Assembly: GCA_965208575.1 (NCBI GenBank)
Contig: CBDBOV010000005.1
Span: 1,152,001-1,216,000 of the forward strand
Length of the DNA: 64,000 nucleotides
Source of the DNA: Spirochaetia bacterium
GTDB taxonomy: Bacteria > Spirochaetota > Spirochaetia > SZUA-6 > Bin103
Reading direction: 5' to 3'
In this document: positions 1 through 8,827 of the stretch, piece after piece
How positions within the stretch are numbered: the first letter of the stretch is position 1
Layout of the letters: every line of letters starts with the position of its first letter
Made by a program: the position numbers and the translations under genes
The notes under the pieces: model-generated
Seen by the model: only the letters and a program-made list of their open reading frames with translations
Told to the model about the DNA's origin: nothing
Database searches by the model: none

Positions 1-851
1 CCGCAACCCGATCCTGGCCGAGCAACGGCAGCGCAAGAGGCAGGCGTTGCTGGCCTCCACGGAGGAGGAACTGACGCCGATCGTGACGGCCACGCAGCGC
101 GCCAAGGAGCCGCTGCGCGGCGCCGGCGCGATCGGCCTGCGGGTGGGCAAGGTGATCAACCACTACAAGGTGGGCAAGCATTTCACCACCACCATCACCG
201 ACGACTCGTTCTCGTTCGCGCGTGATCTGGACAAGATCGCGGCCGAGGAAGAACTGGACGGGCTCTACATCGTGCGCTCCAACGTGGAGCCGGAGCTGTT
301 CGACGCCGAGCAGACGGTGACGGCGTACAAGGACCTGGCCAAGGTGGAACGTGCGTTCCGCAGCATGAAGACGGTGGATCTGAAGGTGCGACCGATCTAT
401 CACCGCAGCGCAGACCGGGTGCGGGCGCACGTGTTCCTGTGCATGCTGGCCTACTACGTGGAGTGGCACATGCGCAGGAAGCTGGCGCCGGTGCTGTTCG
501 ACGACCACGATCCCGCAGCTGGCGAGCAGTTGCGCGAGTCGGTGGTGCAACCGGCGCAACGGTCACCGGCGGCACACCGGAAGGCGGCGAGCAAGCGCAC
601 CGACGACGGTCTGCCGGTGCACAGCTTTCGCGGCCTGATGAGCGAGTTGGGGACGCTGACGGCCAACCGCGTGCGGATGGTGGACAGCGGCGCCACGTTC
701 ACCATGCACAGCGAACCGACCGCGCTGCAGCAGCGCTGTTTCGATCTCCTGGAGGTCAGCGCCCAAGTGTAGCCAGTAACGGACATCGGCTGTTGAGCGC
801 AATTCTCAGATCAATAACGAATTAACAAAATCCCCGCTCTGGAACTTCGGT
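1..851 (+). mobile_element. IS1634-family insertion sequence, right part (left end outside window)
   Basis: Contains the transposase C-terminus. An AT-richer tail ends in GGAACTTCGGT (841-851), directly followed by CTAA. The exact right end is inferred and cannot be confirmed without the left end. Confidence 0.7.
2..772 (+). CDS. IS1634-family DDE transposase, 5'-truncated by window edge
   Basis: Frame is open from position 2. Motifs LDGLYIVRSN, YKDLAKVERAFRSMK, VRPIYHR and VRAHVFLCMLAYYVEW are typical of IS1634 (IS4-like) transposases. Confidence 0.9.
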   Translation, partial: RNPILAEQRQRKRQALLASTEEELTPIVTATQRAKEPLRGAGAIGLRVGKVINHYKVGKHFTTTITDDSFSFARDLDKIAAEEELDGLYIVRSNVEPELFDAEQTVTAYKDLAKVERAFRSMKTVDLKVRPIYHRSADRVRAHVFLCMLAYYVEWHMRRKLAPVLFDDHDPAAGEQLRESVVQPAQRSPAAHRKAASKRTDDGLPVHSFRGLMSELGTLTANRVRMVDSGATFTMHSEPTALQQRCFDLLEVSAQV

Positions 852-1769
852 CTAACGGTAGCGAGCGGCAAGAATTACCCACGTAAGGGTGGAAATCCCG
901 CCGTGCGGGCCGGTGCGCAGGCCGCCGCCCTCCGGAAGCGCTGCCCCGAGCCATTCGGCCGTGCCGGTGACGTCGTCGACGCTGAAGAACGCCAGCTCCT
1001 CGCCGTCGCCGGTGAACTCGGGCGGCGGCACCGCGTGCAGCGCCAGCGGTTCCGCAAGCCGGGCTCCGAACGGGTGCAGCGCCCACATCGCCAGGGGCCG
1101 GTAGCGCGCGTCGTGCGCCGCCAACTCGTACTCCGGCCATGCGTCGGGCGGAATCCGGGCGCCGCCGATCACCGCGGAGGTCGCACCGCTGCCGCCCGGG
1201 CCGGTTGCCCGTTGCAGCGCGTCCAGGTCGACCGGACCGGAGGGAACCAGGCTCAGCCCGGCGAACTCGACCGGCGCCGTGCCCGCCCAGCCGATCGCCG
1301 TGGCGTCGTGCAACTGCACCGGCGGCAGGTCCCGGCCGGCCGCGGTCAGCTCCACCGGCAGCACCACGGAGGTGAGGGTGCGCCCCGCCACCGATCCGCC
1401 GCGCACGTCCAGGACGTAGTGCTCCACCGGCAGCGACGGGTAGAAGAACCGGCCCGAGTCGTCCGTAGTAGTGGGCCAGCAGGCGCTCGCGCACATCGCG
1501 ACCGACACTTCCGGCAGCGGAGCGCCGCCGGCGTCGGTCACCACTCCACTGAACGGCGCGTGGCCGGCCGCGGCGTTCCCGGACGCCGCGCCGTTGGCAA
1601 ACGCTGCATCGAGTCCGCCCGCCGGCTCGCTCCGACCTCTGCCGTGAGCAGTGTCGGGGGGCACGAGGAGGCCGGTGGCCAGCATGCAGATCACGGCGGC
1701 AACCGCGCCGCCCGCGCGGCGACGGCGCGGTCCGCACGTGCCGCAAACGGAACCGCGGCGCCCGGTCAC
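852..1769 (-). CDS. Secreted protein with a carboxypeptidase-regulatory-like (Ig/prealbumin-fold) domain
   Basis: GTG at 1769 overlaps the upstream stop (GTGA). Arg-rich then hydrophobic N-terminus. The FSGVVTDAGGAPLPEVSV...TTTDDSGRFFY...YVLDV pattern fits CarboxypepD_reg-like domains. Confidence 0.7.
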   Translation of the reverse strand: MTGRRGSVCGTCGPRRRRAGGAVAAVICMLATGLLVPPDTAHGRGRSEPAGGLDAAFANGAASGNAAAGHAPFSGVVTDAGGAPLPEVSVAMCASACWPTTTDDSGRFFYPSLPVEHYVLDVRGGSVAGRTLTSVVLPVELTAAGRDLPPVQLHDATAIGWAGTAPVEFAGLSLVPSGPVDLDALQRATGPGGSGATSAVIGGARIPPDAWPEYELAAHDARYRPLAMWALHPFGARLAEPLALHAVPPPEFTGDGEELAFFSVDDVTGTAEWLGAALPEGGGLRTGPHGGISTLTWVILAARYR

Positions 1770-2557
1770 GGGAGCGCGGTGGCGGCAACGATGCCGAGCG
1801 TCTCCCGGCGCTGCACGTACGCCACCAGTGACCCCGCGCCGGCCGCCAGTTCCTCCGGCACGGCAATGCTGACCACGCCGGCGCTGTCTCCCGGTCCCAG
1901 GTTCACCGTGCTGAATCCGCGTACCACGTTGCGGTGGCGCAGCGTGCGCCCGGCGTTTTCGCCGCGCGGCACGTGGTTCTCCAGGTAGGACTCCAGGGCG
2001 GCGACCAGGAGCGTACAACCGGCCGGCACGCCGGCGACCTCATAGTTCACGCGGATGGCCTGCGCACCGCGGTCGACCTCCGCGAGCGCTACCCGCGGCA
2101 GCGATCCGGCGGCGGTCTCGGGACCGAGGGCGGTCAGCGCCGACGAGCGTACCAGGTGGTAGTCCTGGGCCGGACGCACGATGCTGCGCCCGTTGAGCAC
2201 CATCTGCGGCGTATAGACGCCGCTGCCGAGCACCTGTCCATAACGCCGCTGCCGCTGTGCAGCCTCGGGAATGGCATACGGGTCGGGCCAGCCGAGGTAG
2301 TCCCAGTAGTGGACGTGCCACTCGATCGGAAACACCGCCAGTCCTTCGGTGTCCTCGACCAGCCGCGCCAGCGCCTGCTCGGCGCGCGGGCAACTGTTGC
2401 AGCCCTGCGACGTAAACAGCTCCACCACCGCGAACGACGACGTTGCATTCGCGGCCGCGTCCGCAACCGGGGCGGACGACTCGGAAGACGGGCCGGCGAC
2501 CGCCGCCGCGGCCGCGGCGAAGGCCGTCCCGAGAAGTACCAGAGTGCGCACGTACAT
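1766..2557 (-). CDS. DUF1223 family thioredoxin-like secreted protein
   Basis: Signal peptide; VVELFTSQGCNSCP, HVHYWDYLGWPDPY, YTPQMVLNG and GENAGRTLRHRNVVR motifs. Confidence 0.9.
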   Translation of the reverse strand: MYVRTLVLLGTAFAAAAAAVAGPSSESSAPVADAAANATSSFAVVELFTSQGCNSCPRAEQALARLVEDTEGLAVFPIEWHVHYWDYLGWPDPYAIPEAAQRQRRYGQVLGSGVYTPQMVLNGRSIVRPAQDYHLVRSSALTALGPETAAGSLPRVALAEVDRGAQAIRVNYEVAGVPAGCTLLVAALESYLENHVPRGENAGRTLRHRNVVRGFSTVNLGPGDSAGVVSIAVPEELAAGAGSLVAYVQRRETLGIVAATALP

Positions 2558-2635
2558 GTACGAGAGCGTATTGGACCGGCATTGCCCCGGTCAACTTCGC
2601 GCGGCCGGTTACAGGCGAATGGTGCGGCACCGCGA

Positions 2636-3682
2636 TCAGCGATGCGGGTCGCCGTGCGCCGAGTGCGCGCTCAGCGTAATCTCGCCGCCCTGTTCGAGTT
2701 CGCGGATCGCCGTCGCCACCCGCTGCTGGGCCGCTTCGACGGCGCCGAGGCGAATGTTGCCGAGCGCCCGCATGGCGTCCTGCAGCAATGCCGCGCCGCG
2801 CTTCGACATGGCGCCGGTGACGCGCTCCACCATGTCCTGGTCGACCGCCTTCAGCGCCGTGGCGAGATCGTTGCGGCTCACTTCGCGCAACACGCGCCGC
2901 AGCGAGCCGTCGTCGAGCAGCCACAGATCCTCGAACGCGAACATCTGCTGCTTCAGCGCGTCGCTGAGCGCAGGGTCCTCGTCCCCAATGGCGTCGATAA
3001 TGGTGCGCTCGGTGGCGCGGTCGAGGTGATGCAGGATCTTCAGCACGCGTCGGTTGCCGCCCGCCACGACGTACGCGTTGTCGGTACGCTTGCGCGAGAC
3101 TCTGGCGAGACGCCGCTGCAGCACTCGCTCCACCTCGACGACAACCTCCGGAATGGTCTGCTCCAAGGTGGCAACACGGCGCGCCACGTCCGCCTGCACC
3201 GTGTAGGGCAGGCTGGCCAGCAGCGTTGCCGCGTCATCCGGCTTCAGGTAGGCAAGGACCAGCGCGATGGTCTGCGGGTGTTCGCCGCGAATGGACGCCA
3301 GCACCTGTCCACGGTCGGAACGGCGCACGAAGCCGAACGGCCGGGCGTGCAGCGCCCGCGTCACGCGCCCCACCATGGCTACCGCCCGTTCCGCGCCGAG
3401 CGTTTTTTCGAGCACGTCGCGCGCGTAGTCGAGGCCGCCGCCACGGGTCAGCATCAGTTCCTGAAACTCGGCGAGCGCGGCGTCCTGCTGAGCGGGGGCT
3501 ACCTGTCCCAACTGCGCGATCGCCAGGGAGAGCTGTTCAATCTCGTGGTCGTCCAGATGCGCGAAGATCCGCGCAGCCAGATCGGTGCCGAGCAGCACCA
3601 GAATCACCGCGGCCTTTTGCTGCCCGGTAAGGTGATCCCCGGGCGCGGCGTCCGGAGGTTCGCCGGCTCCCGCCGCCCTCAT
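2636..3682 (-). CDS. fliG: Flagellar motor switch protein FliG (orphan copy)
   Basis: LTGQQKAAVIL, GGLDYARDVL, EHPQTIALVL, MFAFEDL and MSKR...GNIRL..VEAAQ motifs. Confidence 0.92.
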   Translation of the reverse strand: MRAAGAGEPPDAAPGDHLTGQQKAAVILVLLGTDLAARIFAHLDDHEIEQLSLAIAQLGQVAPAQQDAALAEFQELMLTRGGGLDYARDVLEKTLGAERAVAMVGRVTRALHARPFGFVRRSDRGQVLASIRGEHPQTIALVLAYLKPDDAATLLASLPYTVQADVARRVATLEQTIPEVVVEVERVLQRRLARVSRKRTDNAYVVAGGNRRVLKILHHLDRATERTIIDAIGDEDPALSDALKQQMFAFEDLWLLDDGSLRRVLREVSRNDLATALKAVDQDMVERVTGAMSKRGAALLQDAMRALGNIRLGAVEAAQQRVATAIRELEQGGEITLSAHSAHGDPHR

Positions 3683-3823
3683 TGCGCGCTGGCCCTCCCG
3701 TCGCCGGCGTCGTACGGAACGGCCGGCGACGGAGCGCAGCGTATTACTTTGCGGCGTGCACCGGCAACCGCCGCCGCATCGGGACGCGCCGGGTGCGCGT
3801 CGGCAACGGCGGTCAGAGGCGCT

Positions 3824-4090
3824 CTACCAGCGCGAGCGTTCCTCCCGCGGACGCGCCACTTCGACGGTAATCCGGCGGCCGTCGAGCTCGGTCTCGTTGA
3901 GGGCCTCGGAGGCGGTCTGAGCTTCCGCCGGGGTGCTCATCTCCACGAAACCGAACCCGCGCGACTCGCCGGTGTACTTGTCCGTGACGACGCGTGCCGA
4001 GTCCACCGTCCCATGTACGGCGAACACTTCCTCCAGGCGCTCATCCGTGACTTTGTAGGGAAGGCCTCCGACGAACAGCTTCTTGTTCAT
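3824..4090 (-). CDS. RRM-domain RNA-binding protein
   Basis: RNP2 (KLFVGGL) and RNP1 (RGFGFVEM) motifs; AGGAG RBS upstream. Confidence 0.95.
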   Translation of the reverse strand: MNKKLFVGGLPYKVTDERLEEVFAVHGTVDSARVVTDKYTGESRGFGFVEMSTPAEAQTASEALNETELDGRRITVEVARPREERSRW

Positions 4091-4267
4091 GTTCTATCTC
4101 CTGCAGAACCTCGTTCTCCTCCACCGGTCAGCCGCGACTACGGGGGCAGTCAGTCTTGAACGGCGGCGATACAACGAAAGTCGACCAAACAGGGAAACTG
4201 CGTCCGTGCCCGCAGCGGGCGCGCGATTAGTGCGGTGGGAGGGAAGTGAAGTAGTCTTGCGTCCCGA

Positions 4268-4297
4268 AGTGTATAGCTATCGGTGCGCGCGGGTCAA
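4268..4297 (-). promoter_or_regulatory. Putative sigma70 promoter of the RRM gene
   Basis: Minus strand TTGACC-N18-TACACT, about 170 nt upstream of the ATG. Confidence 0.45.
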
Positions 4298-4424
4298 ACG
4301 TGTCACGAGCGCGGCATACGAATCGGCAATCGAGGCGAAGCTGCATGCCGGTATTGACTGTTCACGGCGTTACGATGCAATCTGTGCGACGCAACGAGAG
4401 TCGCGTGCGCCTGACGCGGCGAAC

Positions 4425-4498
4425 GGGCGGTTAGCTCAGTTGGCTAGAGCACTAGCTCGACACGCTAGGGGTCACTGGTTCGAGTCCAGTACCGCCCA
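4425..4498 (+). tRNA. tRNA-Val(GAC); CCA not encoded
   Basis: Acceptor GGGCGGT/ACCGCCC plus discriminator A; D-arm GCTC..GAGC; anticodon stem CTAGC/GCTAG with loop TCGACAC (GAC at 4459-4461); T-arm ACTGG-TTCGAGT-CCAGT. Confidence 0.96.
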
Positions 4499-4652
4499 TG
4501 CCCTGTGCCCACGCGTTGCACGTGACCCTGCGCCGGACGAGGGTAAGGAACGGTGCGCGGTCCGCGGCGGTCCGGCGGGTCGATACCGGGGCAGTCGATA
4601 CCGGGGTATCGGTGTTCAACCTTTTCACGTCACGGAGTGATCGAGCAGACAC

Positions 4653-5447
4653 ATGACGGAATCGCAACACCCCGGCAGTCGTCCGCGTCATCGCGGAGCC
4701 CCGCCCAAGCTGTCCAAGGAAGCCATCAACGAGCTTCCCGCCGGCAGCTTTCCGGGCCGTATCGAGGTGGTCGAGGGAACAGGGGCGGCGTCCGCCGCCT
4801 GCGACGCCTTGCGCACCGGTGCAGCGCACGGCGACACGGCAGTGCTCGGTTTCGACACCGAGTCGCGGCCCGCGTTCCGGCGCGGCGAACGCCATCCCAT
4901 CGCACTGGTACAGCTTGCCAACGCCGACCTGGCGTGCCTGTTCCGCATCGATCCCCGGCTCGGTCCGCCGCCGGCGTTGCACGAGTTGCTGGCCAGCCGC
5001 GACGTGGTCAAGGTGGCGCAGGGGCCCGCGGACGAGGTGCGCGAACTGCGCGACCGCTGGCAGGTGGAGGCGCGCCGGGTGGTGGACCTGGTCCCGATCG
5101 CGCGTGCGGCCGGTTGCAGCCCGCTGAGCCTGCGCGCCCTGGCCGCCGCCTACCTCTCGATTCGCATCGCCAAGGGCGCGCAGACCTCCAACTGGGCGGC
5201 GCCGCGGCTCAGCGAGCGGCAGCGCCGTTATGCCGCCACCGATGCGTGGGCGTGCCGGGAGATATTCATTGCCATGGGTTCGCCGCCGGCTGCCGAGTTG
5301 CGCCTGGACGCCGCAACGCCGGCCGACCAGGGCGCACGACGGCGTCGCTCCCGGCGGCGTTCGGTATCGCGGCCGGGAGCGGAGCGCCGGGACGCCGCAC
5401 GATCCGGTTCGGGGCGCGCCCCCGCGGCGCGTACAAAGGGGGTGTAA
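4653..5447 (+). CDS. 3'-5' exonuclease (DEDDy, RNase D/WRN-like)
   Basis: ExoI LGFDTESRP and ExoIII YAATDA motifs, plus QTSNW..PRLS; Arg-rich C-terminal tail. Confidence 0.9.
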   Translation: MTESQHPGSRPRHRGAPPKLSKEAINELPAGSFPGRIEVVEGTGAASAACDALRTGAAHGDTAVLGFDTESRPAFRRGERHPIALVQLANADLACLFRIDPRLGPPPALHELLASRDVVKVAQGPADEVRELRDRWQVEARRVVDLVPIARAAGCSPLSLRALAAAYLSIRIAKGAQTSNWAAPRLSERQRRYAATDAWACREIFIAMGSPPAAELRLDAATPADQGARRRRSRRRSVSRPGAERRDAARSGSGRAPAARTKGV

Positions 5448-5449
5448 CG

Positions 5450-6133
5450 ATGGTGCCATTTTCGGAGACCGCGGGCAGCGCACGGCGCCCGCGGGCGCGG
5501 CAGGCGGGGCGCGCAACAGCGCCGCGGCGCCGCGCGAAGGCACTCGCCGCGGCGGTCTGCATGCTCGGGCTCGCGTCTTGCATCAGTATCGAGTCGCGAT
5601 TCACGTTCGATGCCGACGGCAGCGGCGAACTGCAGCTTCGCTACCTGCTGGACGACGCGCTCGCGCGGCTTGGCGTCGCGGCCGATTCCGAGGCGCTGGC
5701 GCTGCCGCTGAGCGAGCAGGAGTTTCGGGCGGCGGCCGCGGCGATCGAAGGTCTGGACCTGGTCAGCTATCGGCGCGCCGATCAGAGCGACCAGGCGGAG
5801 GTGGTAGCGGTGCTGCGGTTCGACCGGGTGGAACGCGTGGCCGAGTTGGCAAGCTTCGCCCCGCTGCATCCGCGCCTGCAAGGCGACGACCCCGCGGTGT
5901 TCGAGTTGGCGGTCAGCCCCGGCGGCGACCAGCCTCTCGATGAGGCGACCGTGCGCTTTCTGGGCACGTTGCTCGGCAGTCACACGGTCAGCTTCGTGGT
6001 AGTGGCGCCGCGGCCGGTCCGGGACGCCGGCGCGGGCACGCTGGCGGAGGACGGCAGCAGCGCAACGCTGTCGATCCCGCTGGCCGACTACGCCGCGGCC
6101 GTCGAGCCGAGGATGCTCCGCGTAAGCTGGTAA
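5450..6133 (+). CDS. Putative lipoprotein
   Basis: Basic N-region, hydrophobic stretch and lipobox LAS-C, followed by ISIESRFTFDADGSG; G-rich RBS before ATG 5450. Confidence 0.75.
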   Translation: MVPFSETAGSARRPRARQAGRATAPRRRAKALAAAVCMLGLASCISIESRFTFDADGSGELQLRYLLDDALARLGVAADSEALALPLSEQEFRAAAAAIEGLDLVSYRRADQSDQAEVVAVLRFDRVERVAELASFAPLHPRLQGDDPAVFELAVSPGGDQPLDEATVRFLGTLLGSHTVSFVVVAPRPVRDAGAGTLAEDGSSATLSIPLADYAAAVEPRMLRVSW

Positions 6134-6194
6134 ACGCGCGCCCCGCGCCGCGTTGCGGACGGCCGCGCAGGCCGGCTCGGGCGTGCGATTTTCG

Positions 6195-6223
6195 TTGACA
6201 CGAAAGAGCGCAATTGGCATAGT
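6195..6223 (+). promoter_or_regulatory. Sigma70 promoter of the A/V-ATPase operon
   Basis: TTGACA(6195-6200)-N17-CATAGT(6218-6223) with an extended -10 TG. Confidence 0.75.
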
Positions 6224-6318
6224 TACGGCAATCCCACGAGATTCTTCGCAGCGGTGCACCACCGACCCTCGCCGGTCTTCCGTGCCCGGCTTGCAAGGGA
6301 CTGGTGGCCGCTCGCGGG

Positions 6319-6394
6319 CGGTGCCCGATCTCACCCGGCATGCGAAGGGGCTTCACCGGGTCAGTAAACGGAGCATGCCGCCGCGCGGGCACCG
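6319..6394 (+). promoter_or_regulatory. Structured 5' leader, candidate Na+-sensing (DUF1646-like) riboswitch
   Basis: Outer stem CGGTGCCCG/CGGGCACCG and inner stem CGGCATGC/GCATGCCG enclose GAAGGGGCTTCACCGGGTCAGTAAACGGA; the RBS follows directly. Family assignment rests on recalled similarity and gene context, not a covariance search. Confidence 0.5.
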
Positions 6395-6406
6395 AACGGG
6401 GAGGGA

Positions 6407-6727
6407 GTGACACCGCTCATGGATGTCCTCAAGGATGTGAAGAACGCCGAAGCCGAGGCCGAGCGTATCGAGGAGCAGTACCGCTCCCGCGCCGCCGATC
6501 TGGTGGCCCGCTGTGCCACCGATCTGGGCAGCGAACGCAAGCGGCGCGTCGGTGCGATAGAAGAGGAGTTGCGGCACTACCGCGACGAACTACGCCGCGA
6601 CCTCGCCGCCGGGCGCACCCGGGTGCACGAACAGGGTGCGCGTGAACTGGCGCAGCTTGAACGCCGCGCGAGCGCCAACCGGGAAGGCGCGGTCGCCGCG
6701 CTGCTCGATGATCTGAACAAGCGCTAG
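6407..6727 (+). CDS. A/V-type ATPase peripheral stalk subunit H/G
   Basis: Short charged coiled coil (LKDVKNAEAEAERI) at the head of the operon, the usual position of this subunit. Confidence 0.75.
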   Translation: MTPLMDVLKDVKNAEAEAERIEEQYRSRAADLVARCATDLGSERKRRVGAIEEELRHYRDELRRDLAAGRTRVHEQGARELAQLERRASANREGAVAALLDDLNKR

Positions 6728-6763
6728 CGTATCCCGCCGCCGCGTCACCGCCGCTGATCGTAG

Positions 6764-8779
6764 ATGGCAATCGCCACCCTCACCAAGGCCGAACTGGTCG
6801 CCCCGCGCGAGGCGGTTCCCGGCCTGTTGCAGTCGCTGGAGCAGGCTGCTCTGCTGCACGTCGACGACGTCCACGAAGGCATTTCCGACGAACTGGCGCA
6901 ATGGGAGCAGCGCGAGCCGGTCGATACCTCGTCGGTAGACGGCATGCTGGCCTCCGTACGCTGGATTCTCGACCTGTTTCAACGCTTCGCGCCGCACAAG
7001 ACCGGGATGCTGGAGGATTTCTTCGGTTCGCCGCCGGCGGTGGGCGATGCCGAATTCGAACAGCTCCTGGCATCGGTCGACGTGCCGGCGTACCGGGCCG
7101 AACTGGAGCGGCGCCTCGCTGAATACGAGGCGGTGGAGTCCGACCTTGCGGCGCTGCGCGAACGGATTGCACGGGTCACCCCGTGGCAGCGGTTGGGCGT
7201 CGACCTGGCCGACGTGGCGCGCAGCGGCTACTCGGCACTCACGGCGATTCGCGTGCCGGCGGCCGCGGTCGCGGAACTGGAGCGGCTGCTGGCCGAGCGC
7301 GGCGGGCATCTGCGGCTCGCTCCGGTCAGCGAGGCCGCCAAGAGCGCCTATGCCATCGTGGTGTCGCTGCCGGCCGACCTGGATGCGGTCGGGGTGGCGT
7401 TGCGGCAAGTGCGCGGGGAAGAGATCGAGCTGCCGAAACTGCCCGCTTCCGCCGCCGACGCCTTGCAGGCGGCGCAGCAGCAGAGCGCCGAACTGGAGCA
7501 GCGCCGCGACCGGCTGGCCGCCGCGCTGGCCGCGGAGGCGCACGAGCGGCGCCGGGCACTGCAGGCGATCGCCGACGAGTACGAGAACCGGCGCGCCGGT
7601 CTCGATGCGCGCAGCCGCATCTTCTACTCGCGCCACGCCGCCGTGGTCGTCGGCTGGGTGGAGGAGACCCGGCGCCCGGCGCTGGAGGAGTTGCTTGCCG
7701 TCCACCATCCGCAGGTCCGCTACCGCCTGTCCGAGCCCGGCACCGAAGACCGGCCGCCGGTCAAGCTCGAAAACGGCAGGTTGGCGCGGCCGTTTCAGAC
7801 GCTGATCTCCATGTACGGCATGCCCAACTACTTCGGCATCGACCCAACGCCGTTCGTGGCAGTCGCCATGACCGTGTTCTACGCCATCGCACTCGGCGAC
7901 TTCGGCTACGGCGTGCTGCAGATTCTGCTGGCGGCCTGGCTGCGCAAGCGCTTTCGGTCGGTCGGCGAGACGCGTTTGTTTCTCACCATGTTCGTATATA
8001 TGGGTGTCGCCACCCTGGTGGTCGGCGTGTTGACCTGGAGTTTTTTCGGTATCTCGCCCGGCGCGTCCGAGGAGTCCAAGTTCCTGGGCTTTCTGCCGTT
8101 GGTCAATCCGACCAAGGACATCATCCTGCTGATCGGGATCTCGGTCGGCGTCGGTATCGTGTTCCAGTTCGCCTCGATCGCCGCCGGTTTCGTCAACCTG
8201 CTCAAGCGCGGCGACCGCACCAGCGCCATCTGCGACAACCTGGCCTGGCTGGCGCTCCTGGTAGGCGGCCTGCTCGCCCTCGGCGGCATGTTCCTGTCGC
8301 AACCTGCGCTCACCTTCGCGGGCGCCGCGCTCGCGGCCGTCGGGGCGCTGGTGGTCGTCGGGTGGGCCGGGCGTGGAAGCAAGAACTTCGTGGCCCGCAT
8401 TCTGGCCGGCGTGGTGTCGTTGTACGGCATCGTCGGCTACTACGGGCTGGTCGGGTTCTTTTCCGACGGTCTGTCCTACATGCGTCTGGCGATCCTGAAC
8501 ATGACCTCGGCATTCATCGCCTTCGTCGCGCAGGTAATCGCCGAGCTGTTTCTCGGCGGCAGCGGCTCGGCCGTCATGGTGGTGATCGCGGCGATAATCG
8601 GCGCGGCGATCTTCGTGTTCTTCCACCTGCTCAACCTGGTGTTGTCGATGCTTGGCGCGTTCGTACATTCGTTGCGACTCAATTATCTGGAATCGTTTCA
8701 GCGCTATTACCCGGAAGGGGGGAGGGCTTTTGCGCCCCTCCAGCGCACGGGCCGGTTCTTCCGGCGGTCCGGTGCGTAA
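6764..8779 (+). CDS. atpI: A/V-type ATPase subunit I (a)
   Basis: PPVKLENG, YGMPNY..IDPTP, GDFGYG, SDGLSYMRL and HSLRLNYLESF motifs; multiple transmembrane segments. Confidence 0.95.
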   Translation: MAIATLTKAELVAPREAVPGLLQSLEQAALLHVDDVHEGISDELAQWEQREPVDTSSVDGMLASVRWILDLFQRFAPHKTGMLEDFFGSPPAVGDAEFEQLLASVDVPAYRAELERRLAEYEAVESDLAALRERIARVTPWQRLGVDLADVARSGYSALTAIRVPAAAVAELERLLAERGGHLRLAPVSEAAKSAYAIVVSLPADLDAVGVALRQVRGEEIELPKLPASAADALQAAQQQSAELEQRRDRLAAALAAEAHERRRALQAIADEYENRRAGLDARSRIFYSRHAAVVVGWVEETRRPALEELLAVHHPQVRYRLSEPGTEDRPPVKLENGRLARPFQTLISMYGMPNYFGIDPTPFVAVAMTVFYAIALGDFGYGVLQILLAAWLRKRFRSVGETRLFLTMFVYMGVATLVVGVLTWSFFGISPGASEESKFLGFLPLVNPTKDIILLIGISVGVGIVFQFASIAAGFVNLLKRGDRTSAICDNLAWLALLVGGLLALGGMFLSQPALTFAGAALAAVGALVVVGWAGRGSKNFVARILAGVVSLYGIVGYYGLVGFFSDGLSYMRLAILNMTSAFIAFVAQVIAELFLGGSGSAVMVVIAAIIGAAIFVFFHLLNLVLSMLGAFVHSLRLNYLESFQRYYPEGGRAFAPLQRTGRFFRRSGA

Positions 8780-8827
8780 GGTGTTGGTGCTATGACCCTT
8801 GTATTGTCCGTATTGGAGGAGAAGTAG

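Noticed and set aside
4499-4620. Integrative element at the tRNA-Val 3' end; GTCGATACCGGGG duplicated at ~4579-4606
   Set aside because: No integrase, and I did not notice a second copy of the tRNA 3' end in the window; the short duplication looks like local slippage.
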